Assembly: GCA_963833125.1 (NCBI GenBank)
Contig: CAWHWX010000009.1
Location: forward strand, 1 to 64,000
Source of the DNA: Candidatus Bathyarchaeota archaeon
GTDB taxonomy: Archaea; Thermoproteota; Bathyarchaeia; 40CM-2-53-6
Direction of reading: 5' to 3'
Length of the DNA: 64,000 nucleotides
Shown piece after piece: positions 21,141-30,691 of this stretch (within the stretch, counting starts at the first letter, position 1; each line of letters begins with the position of its first letter). The position numbers were made by a program, and so were the translations under genes. Under the pieces are notes generated by a model that saw only the letters and a list, made by a program, of their open reading frames with translations, was not told the DNA's origin and made no database searches.

Positions 21141-21904
21141 TTAGTGATGGTTACAGCTGTTCCAGTTCCAGTTGTTGCAGTGTGGAGGGTAATTGTTGTG
21201 GTATCCGCCGTTGTGGTAGTAATAATGATAGTAGTAGCCTCCCTGATTCGGGTTGTAGTAGCCTGGATAGTAGGGGTAACTCGGGTTGTTCGGATAGCTC
21301 GGGTTGCTCGGACAGTTTGAATAGCTTCCGTAGCTCGGATAGCTGGAGCAGTTCGGAGAGCTGGGATAGTTCGGGTAACTCTGGATAACTTGGGTAGCTT
21401 GGGTACGTTGGGTTGCTTGGGTAGCTTGGATAACCGCTTTGATAGTAGTTAGAGTTAACCATGTACGTTTCTGATGCTGTTGCTAGAGGTTGACCTCCGT
21501 AGTATTGCTGGTAATAACCACTTTGCGCATTGTAAATTGAAACTGAGAACTGCACCGTTTGTACCGATGTTGGGATGTTAAATTGGAGTTGTCCGCTGAA
21601 ACTGTTGCTGTATGTTCCGGTTAGCACTGCGTTCGCGGTTCCAAGGTTCGAGTTGTAGCCTGTATAGGCGGTGCCGACGGCGTATAGCTGATTGTTGTAG
21701 ATGGTGCATGTAGCTGACACGGGCACTGTAACCTGAATGTTTGAGCCGTAGTATTGTGGCGCTGTCATTTGGGGGTAGCCTAGTTGGGCGGTACATGGCT
21801 GGGCTAGATACAGGGTTGCTGTTCACTCCGACTGCGATGATTGCTAGGATTAGTACAATCCCTAGCATGGCATGGATACGCGTTTTCGCGTATTTTTCGA
21901 CCAA
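21141..21904 (-). CDS. Secreted protein with (YPS/YPN)n, Tyr/His/Asn-rich tail; two frameshifts
   Basis: Signal peptide in ORF 21578-21904 and body in 21151-21768. The shifted tail reads SYPNYPSSPNCSSYPSYGSYSNCPSNPSYPNNPSYPYYPGYYNPNQGGYYYHYYYHNGGYHNNYPPHCNNWNWNSCNHH*. Confidence 0.6.
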
Positions 21905-22006
21905 TATTTATTACCGATCGACTACGCCATGTAGTTACCTATAACCAGTATGGATGAATCATCCATCTGTGTAAGGGAAACGGAACCTACACCGTCCCTT
22001 ATCGGG

Positions 22007-23638
22007 TTAGTGTAGTTTAGTGCCGCACTTTGCGCAGAAGTCGTTGGCGCTGGGATTTTGGGTTCCACATTTTCCGCAGAAAACCATTCCGGTTGTAACG
22101 CCTGTTTTCGTTGCTTGGTTGGGCGTTGATTTTCGTCGACTCAGTAGCGCGGCCGCAATTATGACGGCGGCCAACAAGACTATTCCTCCGAGTATGAGGA
22201 GTTGGTTTTGTTGGATCATGCTCATCAGGTCGCTTGATGTTTGAGCTGAGGAGGTTGAGGTTTGCGTAGTTGCGGCTGCGTTAACTGTTAGAACTAGGTT
22301 GGCGACATGGGTTAATCCGCCTCCACTCCCGGTTACCGTCAACGTATACGAGGCAGTTGCTACATCGCTTGGTAATGTGACCGTGAGCGTCGAAACGAAG
22401 TTTGGAGTTCCGGAGGGATTGCTGAACACTCCATTTGCGCCCGAAGGCAATCCTGAGACAGACAGTGTAACCTGCGAGTTGAAGCCGTTGAGGGCGTCAA
22501 CGTTCACAGAGTAAGATATGGTCTGACCTTGAAGCACACTCTGAGAAGGGGGGCTCACGCTGATTGCAAAATCAGCTGCGGCCGAAACGGTTAGAGTGAC
22601 GGAGGCCGTATGGGTTACCCCACCACCGCTCCCAACGATGGTTAGCATGAATGTCCCAGGGGATACCGAGGACGCCACCGTAACGCTTAGGGTTGAAGTA
22701 AAGGGAGGTGTTCCTGAAGTTGGGTTGAATGAGGCGGAGACGCCAGTCGGTAACCCTGACACGCTTAGAGCGACGCTCTGCTGTGGCCCTGCTACTGGGT
22801 TCACGGTGACAGTGTAGCTTGCGCTGCCACCAGGGGTGGCGCTCTGCTGGGTGGGTGAAGCGGATAGTGAAAAATCAAATTGCGCTACTGGTTGCGTTGT
22901 CGTTTGTACTGCTGGTCCGACGTTGAACGTAGTGCTCATTACGTTATTGCTGGGGTTCGGATCATTATTGGTCGAAACCGACCAGGTTAACGTGTGTGTT
23001 CCTGGTGATGCGATCCACGGAGTCTGTGTACTTACAGTAGCTGGGTTGCCAGTTGGTCCAGGATAGGAGAGGGCGCCACCTCCGCATGAAGCACCGTCAA
23101 TTGTGCATTCTACATCAACACTCTGTGGGTATGCGCCCGACGTTGAGAGCGCCACCAATACAGCGTTGAAAGTTACTGGATCACCAACTTGGGGGGTAGG
23201 AGGAGTTAGTGAGACTGATTGGATGGCCCAGTCTGTTGACACTGATGCCGGTCCAATCACTTGAAAGAGTTTCTCTCCTAATTCAGCAGAGCCTCCACCT
23301 GTTTTCAAGAACGAGACTGAAGCAAAGTAACCTCCTGGAGTGTTTATGCCAGGGGCATTCACCTCGTAGTCCAACCCACCACTGATGCTCATCGTTGTGG
23401 CCTCCCAGATGGGCGTAACGCCGAGAGCAGGCCGAACAAAAACGGTGGCCATGCCATCATACCCTAAATCAGTGTAAAACGAGATCACGAATGGTACGCC
23501 AACTTGTACGGGAGCTCCAATAACGCCTACGTGAACATGCGAAGCTCCCTCTACATTCTGAATCAGCATTACAGATGAAATTGAAATTACAACCACAAGT
23601 AAGATCGCGATCGTCGATTTAGCTGGCAAACCTTCCAA
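22007..23638 (-). CDS. Cell-surface protein: signal peptide, CARDB/Ig-like repeats, TM anchor, cytoplasmic zinc ribbon
   Basis: Two DFSLSASP...GGG(V/L)TH repeats, NNDPNPSNN, TM helix, FCGKCG...FCAKCG. Confidence 0.8.
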   Translation of the reverse strand: MEGLPAKSTIAILLVVVISISSVMLIQNVEGASHVHVGVIGAPVQVGVPFVISFYTDLGYDGMATVFVRPALGVTPIWEATTMSISGGLDYEVNAPGINTPGGYFASVSFLKTGGGSAELGEKLFQVIGPASVSTDWAIQSVSLTPPTPQVGDPVTFNAVLVALSTSGAYPQSVDVECTIDGASCGGGALSYPGPTGNPATVSTQTPWIASPGTHTLTWSVSTNNDPNPSNNVMSTTFNVGPAVQTTTQPVAQFDFSLSASPTQQSATPGGSASYTVTVNPVAGPQQSVALSVSGLPTGVSASFNPTSGTPPFTSTLSVTVASSVSPGTFMLTIVGSGGGVTHTASVTLTVSAAADFAISVSPPSQSVLQGQTISYSVNVDALNGFNSQVTLSVSGLPSGANGVFSNPSGTPNFVSTLTVTLPSDVATASYTLTVTGSGGGLTHVANLVLTVNAAATTQTSTSSAQTSSDLMSMIQQNQLLILGGIVLLAAVIIAAALLSRRKSTPNQATKTGVTTGMVFCGKCGTQNPSANDFCAKCGTKLH

Positions 23639-23802
23639 TTCTCGAGATTAAGTAGGTTGACCACGACATGAGTATTTGAGGATTTGCGAGTGTTCCTTTG
23701 ATTCTCTGAGGTGGGTCTAATGGTGCACACATCCAAATGATGCTAGACCAAAATTGTTCTCAATGTAGATGTACTGGCAGTTTTCTTTGAAGCGCAAAGG
23801 CG

Positions 23803-24504
23803 TTATTTCTGAAATACCACTTCAGAATTCTCAGACATCGTAAGCTCATGCCACTTGCGGTCAAACTTGACTTTCCTGAGAGTCCTGATTCGCATCACAT
23901 CACGCGTTTCCTCCTCTCCCTCTGCAACTTTGAAGTCAACGATCCCGTCAGCCACTGCTTCGAGTTGCTTGTACGTCCAAGGGCTATGAATTCCACTAAT
24001 GAAAGCAATCAGCTGAGTTATGTGTCTCTGCTTCGCCATGGGAATCGGTCTGGTGAGAAATAGTTCGACCCAATTTTTCTCATCGTTAAATCTGTCGAGA
24101 ATTGAATTGTTGTCCGTTACGACGAGAAACTCAGGAGCATCTCTCTCAACCATCGCTTCCCTTCCTAGCCAGAGGCTTAGGTCCGCTACTTTCAACGATT
24201 CGGGGCCATGCTTGTCCTTTGACTTCTGTCCTATCGAAGGCGTGTAGAAGTCAGTAATCCATAATCGGTCCTTCTGCTCCAATTCCTCAACAGCTATGCC
24301 TAGTCGGCGAAGCCGGGAGCGGAAATCGTCGGGTGGTTGCGTGTGCGCAATATAGCTAACACTTCCCCCAGTCCTCAGCCATCCTGCTGTTATCGTCAGG
24401 GATGAGTTGTACCAGATAGATGCAGGGTCGAATTCAACAATAATATTGGAGCCGGGTGGAATCGGCCCACTGGTTAGATCTTCGATTAAGGGGATTCTGG
24501 GCAA
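23803..24504 (-). CDS. KaiC/RAD55-like ATPase-fold protein with degenerate Walker A
   Basis: IPPGSNIIVEFDPAS in place of the P-loop; SGIHS...LEAVADGIVDFK...MRIRTLRK. Confidence 0.75.
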   Translation of the reverse strand: MPRIPLIEDLTSGPIPPGSNIIVEFDPASIWYNSSLTITAGWLRTGGSVSYIAHTQPPDDFRSRLRRLGIAVEELEQKDRLWITDFYTPSIGQKSKDKHGPESLKVADLSLWLGREAMVERDAPEFLVVTDNNSILDRFNDEKNWVELFLTRPIPMAKQRHITQLIAFISGIHSPWTYKQLEAVADGIVDFKVAEGEEETRDVMRIRTLRKVKFDRKWHELTMSENSEVVFQK

Positions 24505-24555
24505 TGAAAAACACTCAAGAGTTCTCTCTCTTCTAGCAGATTTGTGGTTTTCGTG

Positions 24556-25308
24556 TTACAGTTGACTCTTCCTCTGAGTAGCCTCCAAGCTCACTGAGAG
24601 ATCTTCAGCCACACGGAGAATATATTTTGACGTATCCACAGGCGCCCCTTTGAAAGCCCGGGCTCGCAACGTGTTCTCCATTCGGCCATCGATTTCTTCT
24701 GTTCTCAGTTCAAAGATTCCGTCGGCGCTTGTCATCACTGATGTATACAAGGCATCAGAATGGACTCCGCGGACAAATCCGTCAATTACAATTCTTCTCT
24801 TTGTAACAAACCTAGAAATCCATGTTCGATAGAACTTCAGGAAACTCTTCTCGTCAGAGGCCTCTACGACCTCGGAAACGTTGTCAAAAAGTCTAACACT
24901 TCCCGGAGTCCACTGGTCGAGAGACTTGCTCGAGATCAGGCTAATGTCAGCTATGTTGAGGGATGGGAAGTAGTATTTCTCAGTCGATTGGCGGCCAGTT
25001 CTGAAAGTGAGTGCGTCAGAAAGAACCAAGTGCTCATCCGTTTCGAAAGGAACCGTGTCCAAACCATGCCTAAGGAAATTTTCACGAATATCTGACAATT
25101 GTCTCATGGTGGATATGTAAAGAACCTCCGTTCCGTTTCGAAGCATTCCGGCCACCAAATTCAAAACGAGCATCAGCCATTGCGAGTCCGCATCGAATAA
25201 GAATACAAGAACCTGCCCAGCTTTGACAGGGCGGTGCAGCAGTTGCCCAATCACGGGCAACTCAACCTCCACGGTACTCTTAGACTCGGCGGTCAAACAG
25301 ACGCTCAA
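24556..25308 (-). CDS. KaiC/RAD55-like ATPase-fold protein with degenerate Walker A
   Basis: GQVLVFLFDADSQW; RGVHS...SADGIFELR...LRARAFKG. Confidence 0.75.
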   Translation of the reverse strand: MSVCLTAESKSTVEVELPVIGQLLHRPVKAGQVLVFLFDADSQWLMLVLNLVAGMLRNGTEVLYISTMRQLSDIRENFLRHGLDTVPFETDEHLVLSDALTFRTGRQSTEKYYFPSLNIADISLISSKSLDQWTPGSVRLFDNVSEVVEASDEKSFLKFYRTWISRFVTKRRIVIDGFVRGVHSDALYTSVMTSADGIFELRTEEIDGRMENTLRARAFKGAPVDTSKYILRVAEDLSVSLEATQRKSQL

Positions 25309-25460
25309 CTGCCCCGCAGATTGGGAGCTCAGTAACGCCTAGAAATTTGTTGAATGCATCTAACCGTTGCTACTGTTGTTTGTAGCCTCGTACTTCAGGA
25401 TCAAAATGATTGAGGAAGCTATGGTCCACATGGGTGATGTGATTTGATTTACGAAGGATC

Positions 25461-25829
25461 TTACTTTTTCGCCGACTGCTTAGCGTAGTCAACCATACCT
25501 TGGAAGTCAACCACGACTGCTGGTTCGTTTCCAACAACCCATGCGTCATGTCCTGAGGGAAGTAGGGAAACATCGCCAGCTTTGCAGTCCTTCTCCGTGC
25601 CATCGTCCATAACTACATGCAACGTTCCGGATACGTGGTATTGGAAATGTGGGGCTTCGCAGCTCTTCGTCTTTACGAGTGGCTTTAGGGAAGTGGACCA
25701 TCGCCATCCCGGTTGAAATGTGGCTCGTCCCACCGTAGCGCCTCCAATATTCACCAGCTCGAGTTTGCCTTTGTCAAAGGTTCTAGTTTCGTCGGGAACA
25801 CTGGTATTCTTGACTTCCATCTTACTCAA
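25461..25829 (-). CDS. Cupin domain protein
   Basis: FQPGWRWS, CEAPHFQYHVSG, PSGHDAWVVG. Confidence 0.85.
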   Translation of the reverse strand: MSKMEVKNTSVPDETRTFDKGKLELVNIGGATVGRATFQPGWRWSTSLKPLVKTKSCEAPHFQYHVSGTLHVVMDDGTEKDCKAGDVSLLPSGHDAWVVGNEPAVVVDFQGMVDYAKQSAKK

Positions 25830-25919
25830 TTTACATCAATTGTCAAGAGGAATCAGGAACCATAAAAACCATTCACCAACGAATCTCCATGACGGATCCG
25901 GATTATCTTCTCGAATATC

Positions 25920-26837
25920 TTATTGGTCGTCGTCTTCAGTGGGAGTAACTGTCAGTTTGACTAGTTTCTCTGCTCTTAGAATTCCAATCTCGATTGGTTT
26001 TCCAATGATGTCTTTTGTCAGTAGGCGGTAGAGGTCGTTGTGGCGAGTTATTGGTGAGTTGGCGAATGTTACCAGGATATCCCCCACTACTAGCCCTGCT
26101 TTCTTGGCGGGACTATCGGTTTCAACTTCGAATATCATCAGCCCCTCTTCTTGGTTTAAGTTCACTTCAGCGGCTAGGCGTTTAGGAAGGCTTACCGGGT
26201 CGGTACCGATTCCGAGGTGTGCGATCCTTATCCTTCCTTCATTGATGAGGGCGGTAATGGTGCCTTTGATTGAATTAATTGGAATTGAGATTCCCCGAGA
26301 GTTTGCATAGGCGACATTGAGTCCAATCATCTTGCCTGAAGCGCTGACAAGTGGGCCTCCCGAGTAGCCAGGATTCAAAGGTGCATCTGTAATGATGGCA
26401 TCCTCGACCGAACCGGGTCCCCAACCCAGTGAGGCCTTGGCAGTAGTGACGATTCCTGATGTGGTGCTTGGGCTTCCACCGAACGGGTTGGCGAAAGCAA
26501 AGACGAGTTGGCCTACTTCGACCGTCTCGGAGTCTCCAACTTCAACGGGTTTCAGGCCGGTTTGCTCGACCTTTAACAACGCCATATCTGAGTATGGATC
26601 GTGTCCGATTACTCTGGCCTCAAGTCTCGGGCCTTCCCCAAATCCTACTTCAACGGTCGGGGCTCTTCCGACGACATGACTACAGGTAAGGATGTAGCCG
26701 TTTTCGCTCCAGATTACGCCTGAACCGAATCCTCTTCTAGACCTCACTCTAACAACCGACGAACCGACCTTTTCGGCAAGTTCTGTCATTGCGTCAGAGA
26801 ACGATTGTAGTATCTGCAAAGAAGCAACTTTACTCAT
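25920..26837 (-). CDS. HtrA/DegP-like S1C serine protease with PDZ domain
   Basis: GSGVIW, LTCSHVV, DMALLK, TDAPLNPGYSGGPL, C-terminal PDZ. Confidence 0.9.
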   Translation of the reverse strand: MSKVASLQILQSFSDAMTELAEKVGSSVVRVRSRRGFGSGVIWSENGYILTCSHVVGRAPTVEVGFGEGPRLEARVIGHDPYSDMALLKVEQTGLKPVEVGDSETVEVGQLVFAFANPFGGSPSTTSGIVTTAKASLGWGPGSVEDAIITDAPLNPGYSGGPLVSASGKMIGLNVAYANSRGISIPINSIKGTITALINEGRIRIAHLGIGTDPVSLPKRLAAEVNLNQEEGLMIFEVETDSPAKKAGLVVGDILVTFANSPITRHNDLYRLLTKDIIGKPIEIGILRAEKLVKLTVTPTEDDDQ

Positions 26838-27178
26838 TATGTATCAAGCGTAAGAGTATGGCCCCGGTCTATTTGTTGACGAGGCACGTATGACAATAGT
26901 CACAAGTGTTTGCCAGGTTATGTCATCTTGTCGGTTGCTGCTGCAATCCGGTTCGTTTGGGGGGATTGAGGTGTAAAACGGGGCGATGGTTACCCTCGTT
27001 TGGCACCGTTTGGCGCCACCCTTCGAGGGGTGGATCCACCCCTTTAATTTCGAACAGAAAACAAGAGGAATCTCTTAACAACCGTTAACTTGACGTTACC
27101 GTTTGCCAAATGCGATGCAGTCGCACCTACCCTCATTGGGATTTGAACCATGAAATTTAGGTGAGTTACGATACCGTA

Positions 27179-27670
27179 CTAGCCTTCCGTTCCTTCGGTG
27201 ACCTCTACAACCATTACTTTGTCAGAAACGAATATCTCCAACACGAGGAACGCGATTCCTACGAGGACAAGGAACATCCCAAGAGTGAAAGTAGTGCTGA
27301 TGGCAAGTTGGGTAGGCTCTGACGGTGTGGGCAAAAGACCTAGTCCAATCAAAAACGACGTCAAGACAAAGAACAGTACTGCAAGAAGAAGACAGAACAT
27401 TCCATTCCTGACATACGTAAGACGAGGAAGCAACAGATTCAATTGATTCTTGATACTTTTCAACCTAATCTCCTCGATTTTATCAAGACCTTCGGAAGAG
27501 GCTAACTTTCCATTGATTTGCCGTTTCTCATCATCCAAAAGTCGAATCCGGTTCACGAGCACGCTGTGCCTCGCGGTAAATGTTAACAAGAGCAAAGCAA
27601 CTCCCGTAATCATTACTGCTGGAGCTAGAATAGCCTGAATGGTCCCGATCGTATTAGCGACCTCGCTCAG
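27179..27670 (-). CDS. DUF2721-like membrane protein (start uncertain)
   Basis: In-frame upstream extension IQAILAPAVMITGVALLLL...NRIRLL; three TM helices. Confidence 0.7.
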   Translation of the reverse strand: MSEVANTIGTIQAILAPAVMITGVALLLLTFTARHSVLVNRIRLLDDEKRQINGKLASSEGLDKIEEIRLKSIKNQLNLLLPRLTYVRNGMFCLLLAVLFFVLTSFLIGLGLLPTPSEPTQLAISTTFTLGMFLVLVGIAFLVLEIFVSDKVMVVEVTEGTEG

Positions 27671-28058
27671 TTTTGTTCACCAGAGCTCTGCTGAAGAAAA
27701 ACTCACTAATATTCAACGCTCGCAAGAATCAAAGTTGCAGTGGAAGCTTAACGAGCAAATGATTAGTGGCAGGGCGCGGTTTCGAGTGATTCTCAAAACT
27801 GGATAGTCAATCGGACGTAGAACCTGGAACAGGTTAGCTGAGCCATCCGGATTGTTGAATTAAGCTCGTTGTCTACCAGGAAAATCCCATGAAGGGCCGT
27901 CTTTCCAGGGGTTCAGGCTTCGGGTCGATTGGTCTCCACGGGATGGTTACGAAATCTGGTTGAACGTCGGTCGGGTTAAAGTTGTTTAACGAGATCATTT
28001 GTGCTCGCGGGTATGTAGCCGCGATTGCCTGATAATGACTGAGGGTTTGGGTAGTTGG

Positions 28059-28668
28059 TCAGTTTGCAACTGGGGCTATTGTTGGTGGGGTTGTTGTTTG
28101 TGCCATTTCTTCGGTGGCTTTGGTAATGTGATCGAAGAGCTGGTATGCTGCCGCGATTTGTTCCGACTCGTTTTGGTTGGTGTAGGTATCCGCGACGATT
28201 GTGATTTTTCCACTACGAATTCTAGCTTGAAGCTGCATTCGCCCGTCTTCACTGATCCAGCTCATTGAGAGCATGTTCCCGTCTTGTGAGTATCCGAGCC
28301 ATCGGAAGTTGCTAAACCACCTACCCCGAAGCTTTTGGAATAGGACTGTGACGTCGATTTGGCTTGGGAGGTAGGCTTCGATTACTGGCTTAGGGTTTGG
28401 TAGTCCTGTTCGAACTGTGAACGAGAATGTGTTTCGCTGAACCTCTTACCTTGTACCCATCTGGGGAGTGTTCGATGGCGTGTGCTTCCTCAAGCCTCTT
28501 GAGGGTTCGGGTTAACGTTTCCTGGTGTAGGCCTAGTCTTCGCCTGAGTCCCTGGAATGAGTAGTATGCATTCTGGTCGGCGGAGAGTAGCTTTAGCACT
28601 TCCACTTCGCGTGGGTCGAGGTCGAATTCCTCGATGTCTGGGGTTACGTTGATGCTTTCTGCTAACAT
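28059..28668 (-). CDS. Winged-helix DNA-binding protein, frameshift near 28430
   Basis: FQGLRRRLGLHQETLTRTLKRLEE; the shifted frame continues LRGRWFSNFRWLGY into ORF 28059-28274. Confidence 0.7.
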
Positions 28669-29028
28669 TGTTGAACCAACCTCTACCCGCACCCCGCCTT
28701 ATATTGACTAGGTCAAAGCGTTCGAGGAATCGAGATTTTCCCATGCATTTGACCCATACGTGAAGATTTGAGACTCAGTACATCGAAACGTGTCGAGGCG
28801 ACGTTTTTACTGGAAAAAGGCCACAAAAGGATGAAAGCGAAGAATTAAGGCGCTAAAAGTAGTCCGCCTACATTTTCTTACTTTTTTCCCCGCCATTCTG
28901 CTCTCCATTCGAGGCGCATCGTCCCAGCCGAGTTGCGAGATCGTCGATGAAAAGTCGTCTGACTCATCAGTGGGTTTCTGCGCCCAGTAATCGTCGGGTA
29001 ACCGGACGTTCTTACCGATTTCGAGCTG

Positions 29029-30612
29029 TTATTTGCTCTGGTTTCCTTCTGGGTCGGCCCAGGCGAACTTAGTTACAAGCGCTTTGGGGTAGTAACGTTT
29101 CCAGTCGTAGTCGACTTTCCGGCAGAACTCCACCGAAACCCTTGGGTCTATGTAGTTTCTAAGCGATGTCCCTAGGTTCCAGTTCTTTCCTAACCTCATT
29201 TGTTGGATTCGAAGTTGAAGTCCCTGCTTCCGCTTCGCAATTCCTTTCCCCTCTTTGCCTTTCAACGCTTTGAGCATCTCAATTCGTTTCTTGTATGTCT
29301 CTTGCCACTTCTTAGGCACCGCCTTCTGATGATTTAGCAGCTGGGCCACGGCTGCGTTGGCCTCGTTCAACGCCATCTTCTTCTCCGTCTCCAAACTCGC
29401 CGCATCAACCTTCGCACTCCCAAGTTTCTTTTCGAAGAGGTCTGTTGCGGAGAAGGTGCGGAAGACTTTCGGGCTCAGGCGTGGCATGGCTTCGGAAAGA
29501 AATTCCCTAATCGCCTCGGTTGTGACTCCGCTGAATATGCGCCCCTCATTAGCGGTGAACTCCTTCAGATTCAGGAAAACGTTCTCGGACACTTCCAACT
29601 CCCTTTCGAACAGTACCCAGTCTTTGCCGAGAAAATGCAGTTTCACCATGTAGGGGCTGTTATGAAGAAGGGTGATGTGTTTTTTCTGCAAGCTTGTTGC
29701 TCCAACTGTGCCGCTCTCGGTTTCCTTCTCGTCGCCAACTCTGATTTTGAACACGTCAATCAGGTAAGTTACCGTTGCGATCTTCCTACGTTTCACATCC
29801 TTATCCGTCAAACCTCTCGCGATGTGAGCTCTGACATCATCAATTCGTGATTCTAGATTCCTTGCCAGGTCGAACTTCTCTTGCGTCCGCCCCTGTTTCA
29901 TTGGTGTGGCATCATGGAACCAAACATACTTCACCTTACCAACCAACTTATCCGTCCAACGAGCAATCCAAAGTTCATTCGAACGCCACTCTCGCCCCGC
30001 CCACTCACCAGCTGGTGTTGGCGCATCTGGGCTTAGGTTTAATGTCACATCCTTAGTTGAGACGGCTGGTTTCCATTTTCCTCTGAGTGGGTGTTTCCCT
30101 CGTCCTAGGAAGATTCCTGGTGGTTCGACTGAGTAGTTGGCGATCTCCATCCGGGCGCCATCAACGGTAGCCCAACCGTAGTGCTCCTTCCGTTCCTCTC
30201 GGATTTTCTTCCTCGAACCCGCCAACTGTTTCTTCTCTTCCTTGACCATGTTCGTCTTCCTCGATCTTTCAGCTTCGATCCATTGCACGATAGGCGTCCA
30301 GTCGAAATCTTCAACCGTAATCTTCCCCTTAACGCCCAGGGCTTTGGCGAAGTCTTCCATGAAGTTGGAACGAAACTTCGGATCCTCAGCGTACGGGGTG
30401 CCGAATTTCTGGGCGAATTTCACCCCCATCTCCTCTTGAAGTGGAGTAAGCTTGAGAGGTGTGCCGCGAAAAGTTATGGTGAATCCCTGTGGGGGGTAGG
30501 CGTCGGGAACAAGCACGCCGTTGTGGATTAGCTGCTTAAGGCCATTGGTTTTTGTCTTAGCGTCCTTTACGACCTGAACTTGTTTCGATGGTTTCTCTCG
30601 ACGCTCAGACAC
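29029..30612 (-). CDS. top1: Eukaryote-like DNA topoisomerase IB
   Basis: HNGVLVP, EPPGIFLGRGKHPLRGKWK, and the catalytic pentad IRVGDEK / FLGKD / KVFRTF / LNHQ / TSLRNYIDPR. Confidence 0.95.
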   Translation of the reverse strand: MSERREKPSKQVQVVKDAKTKTNGLKQLIHNGVLVPDAYPPQGFTITFRGTPLKLTPLQEEMGVKFAQKFGTPYAEDPKFRSNFMEDFAKALGVKGKITVEDFDWTPIVQWIEAERSRKTNMVKEEKKQLAGSRKKIREERKEHYGWATVDGARMEIANYSVEPPGIFLGRGKHPLRGKWKPAVSTKDVTLNLSPDAPTPAGEWAGREWRSNELWIARWTDKLVGKVKYVWFHDATPMKQGRTQEKFDLARNLESRIDDVRAHIARGLTDKDVKRRKIATVTYLIDVFKIRVGDEKETESGTVGATSLQKKHITLLHNSPYMVKLHFLGKDWVLFERELEVSENVFLNLKEFTANEGRIFSGVTTEAIREFLSEAMPRLSPKVFRTFSATDLFEKKLGSAKVDAASLETEKKMALNEANAAVAQLLNHQKAVPKKWQETYKKRIEMLKALKGKEGKGIAKRKQGLQLRIQQMRLGKNWNLGTSLRNYIDPRVSVEFCRKVDYDWKRYYPKALVTKFAWADPEGNQSK

Positions 30613-30691
30613 TATTCTCGCCTAGGGTTTGTTTCGATCCTTCTTACTGGAAAGTATCGGTACCACATGGTTTTTTGGGGCACAAAAACCT

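Noticed and set aside
21080-21388. Cys/Ser-rich + strand ORF resembling a RiPP precursor or metallothionein
   Set aside because: It is the antisense reading of the YPS repeat tail, and no maturation enzymes are nearby.
27138-27149. gggatttgaacc T-loop-like motif
   Set aside because: No acceptor or anticodon stems or CCA end could be built around it.
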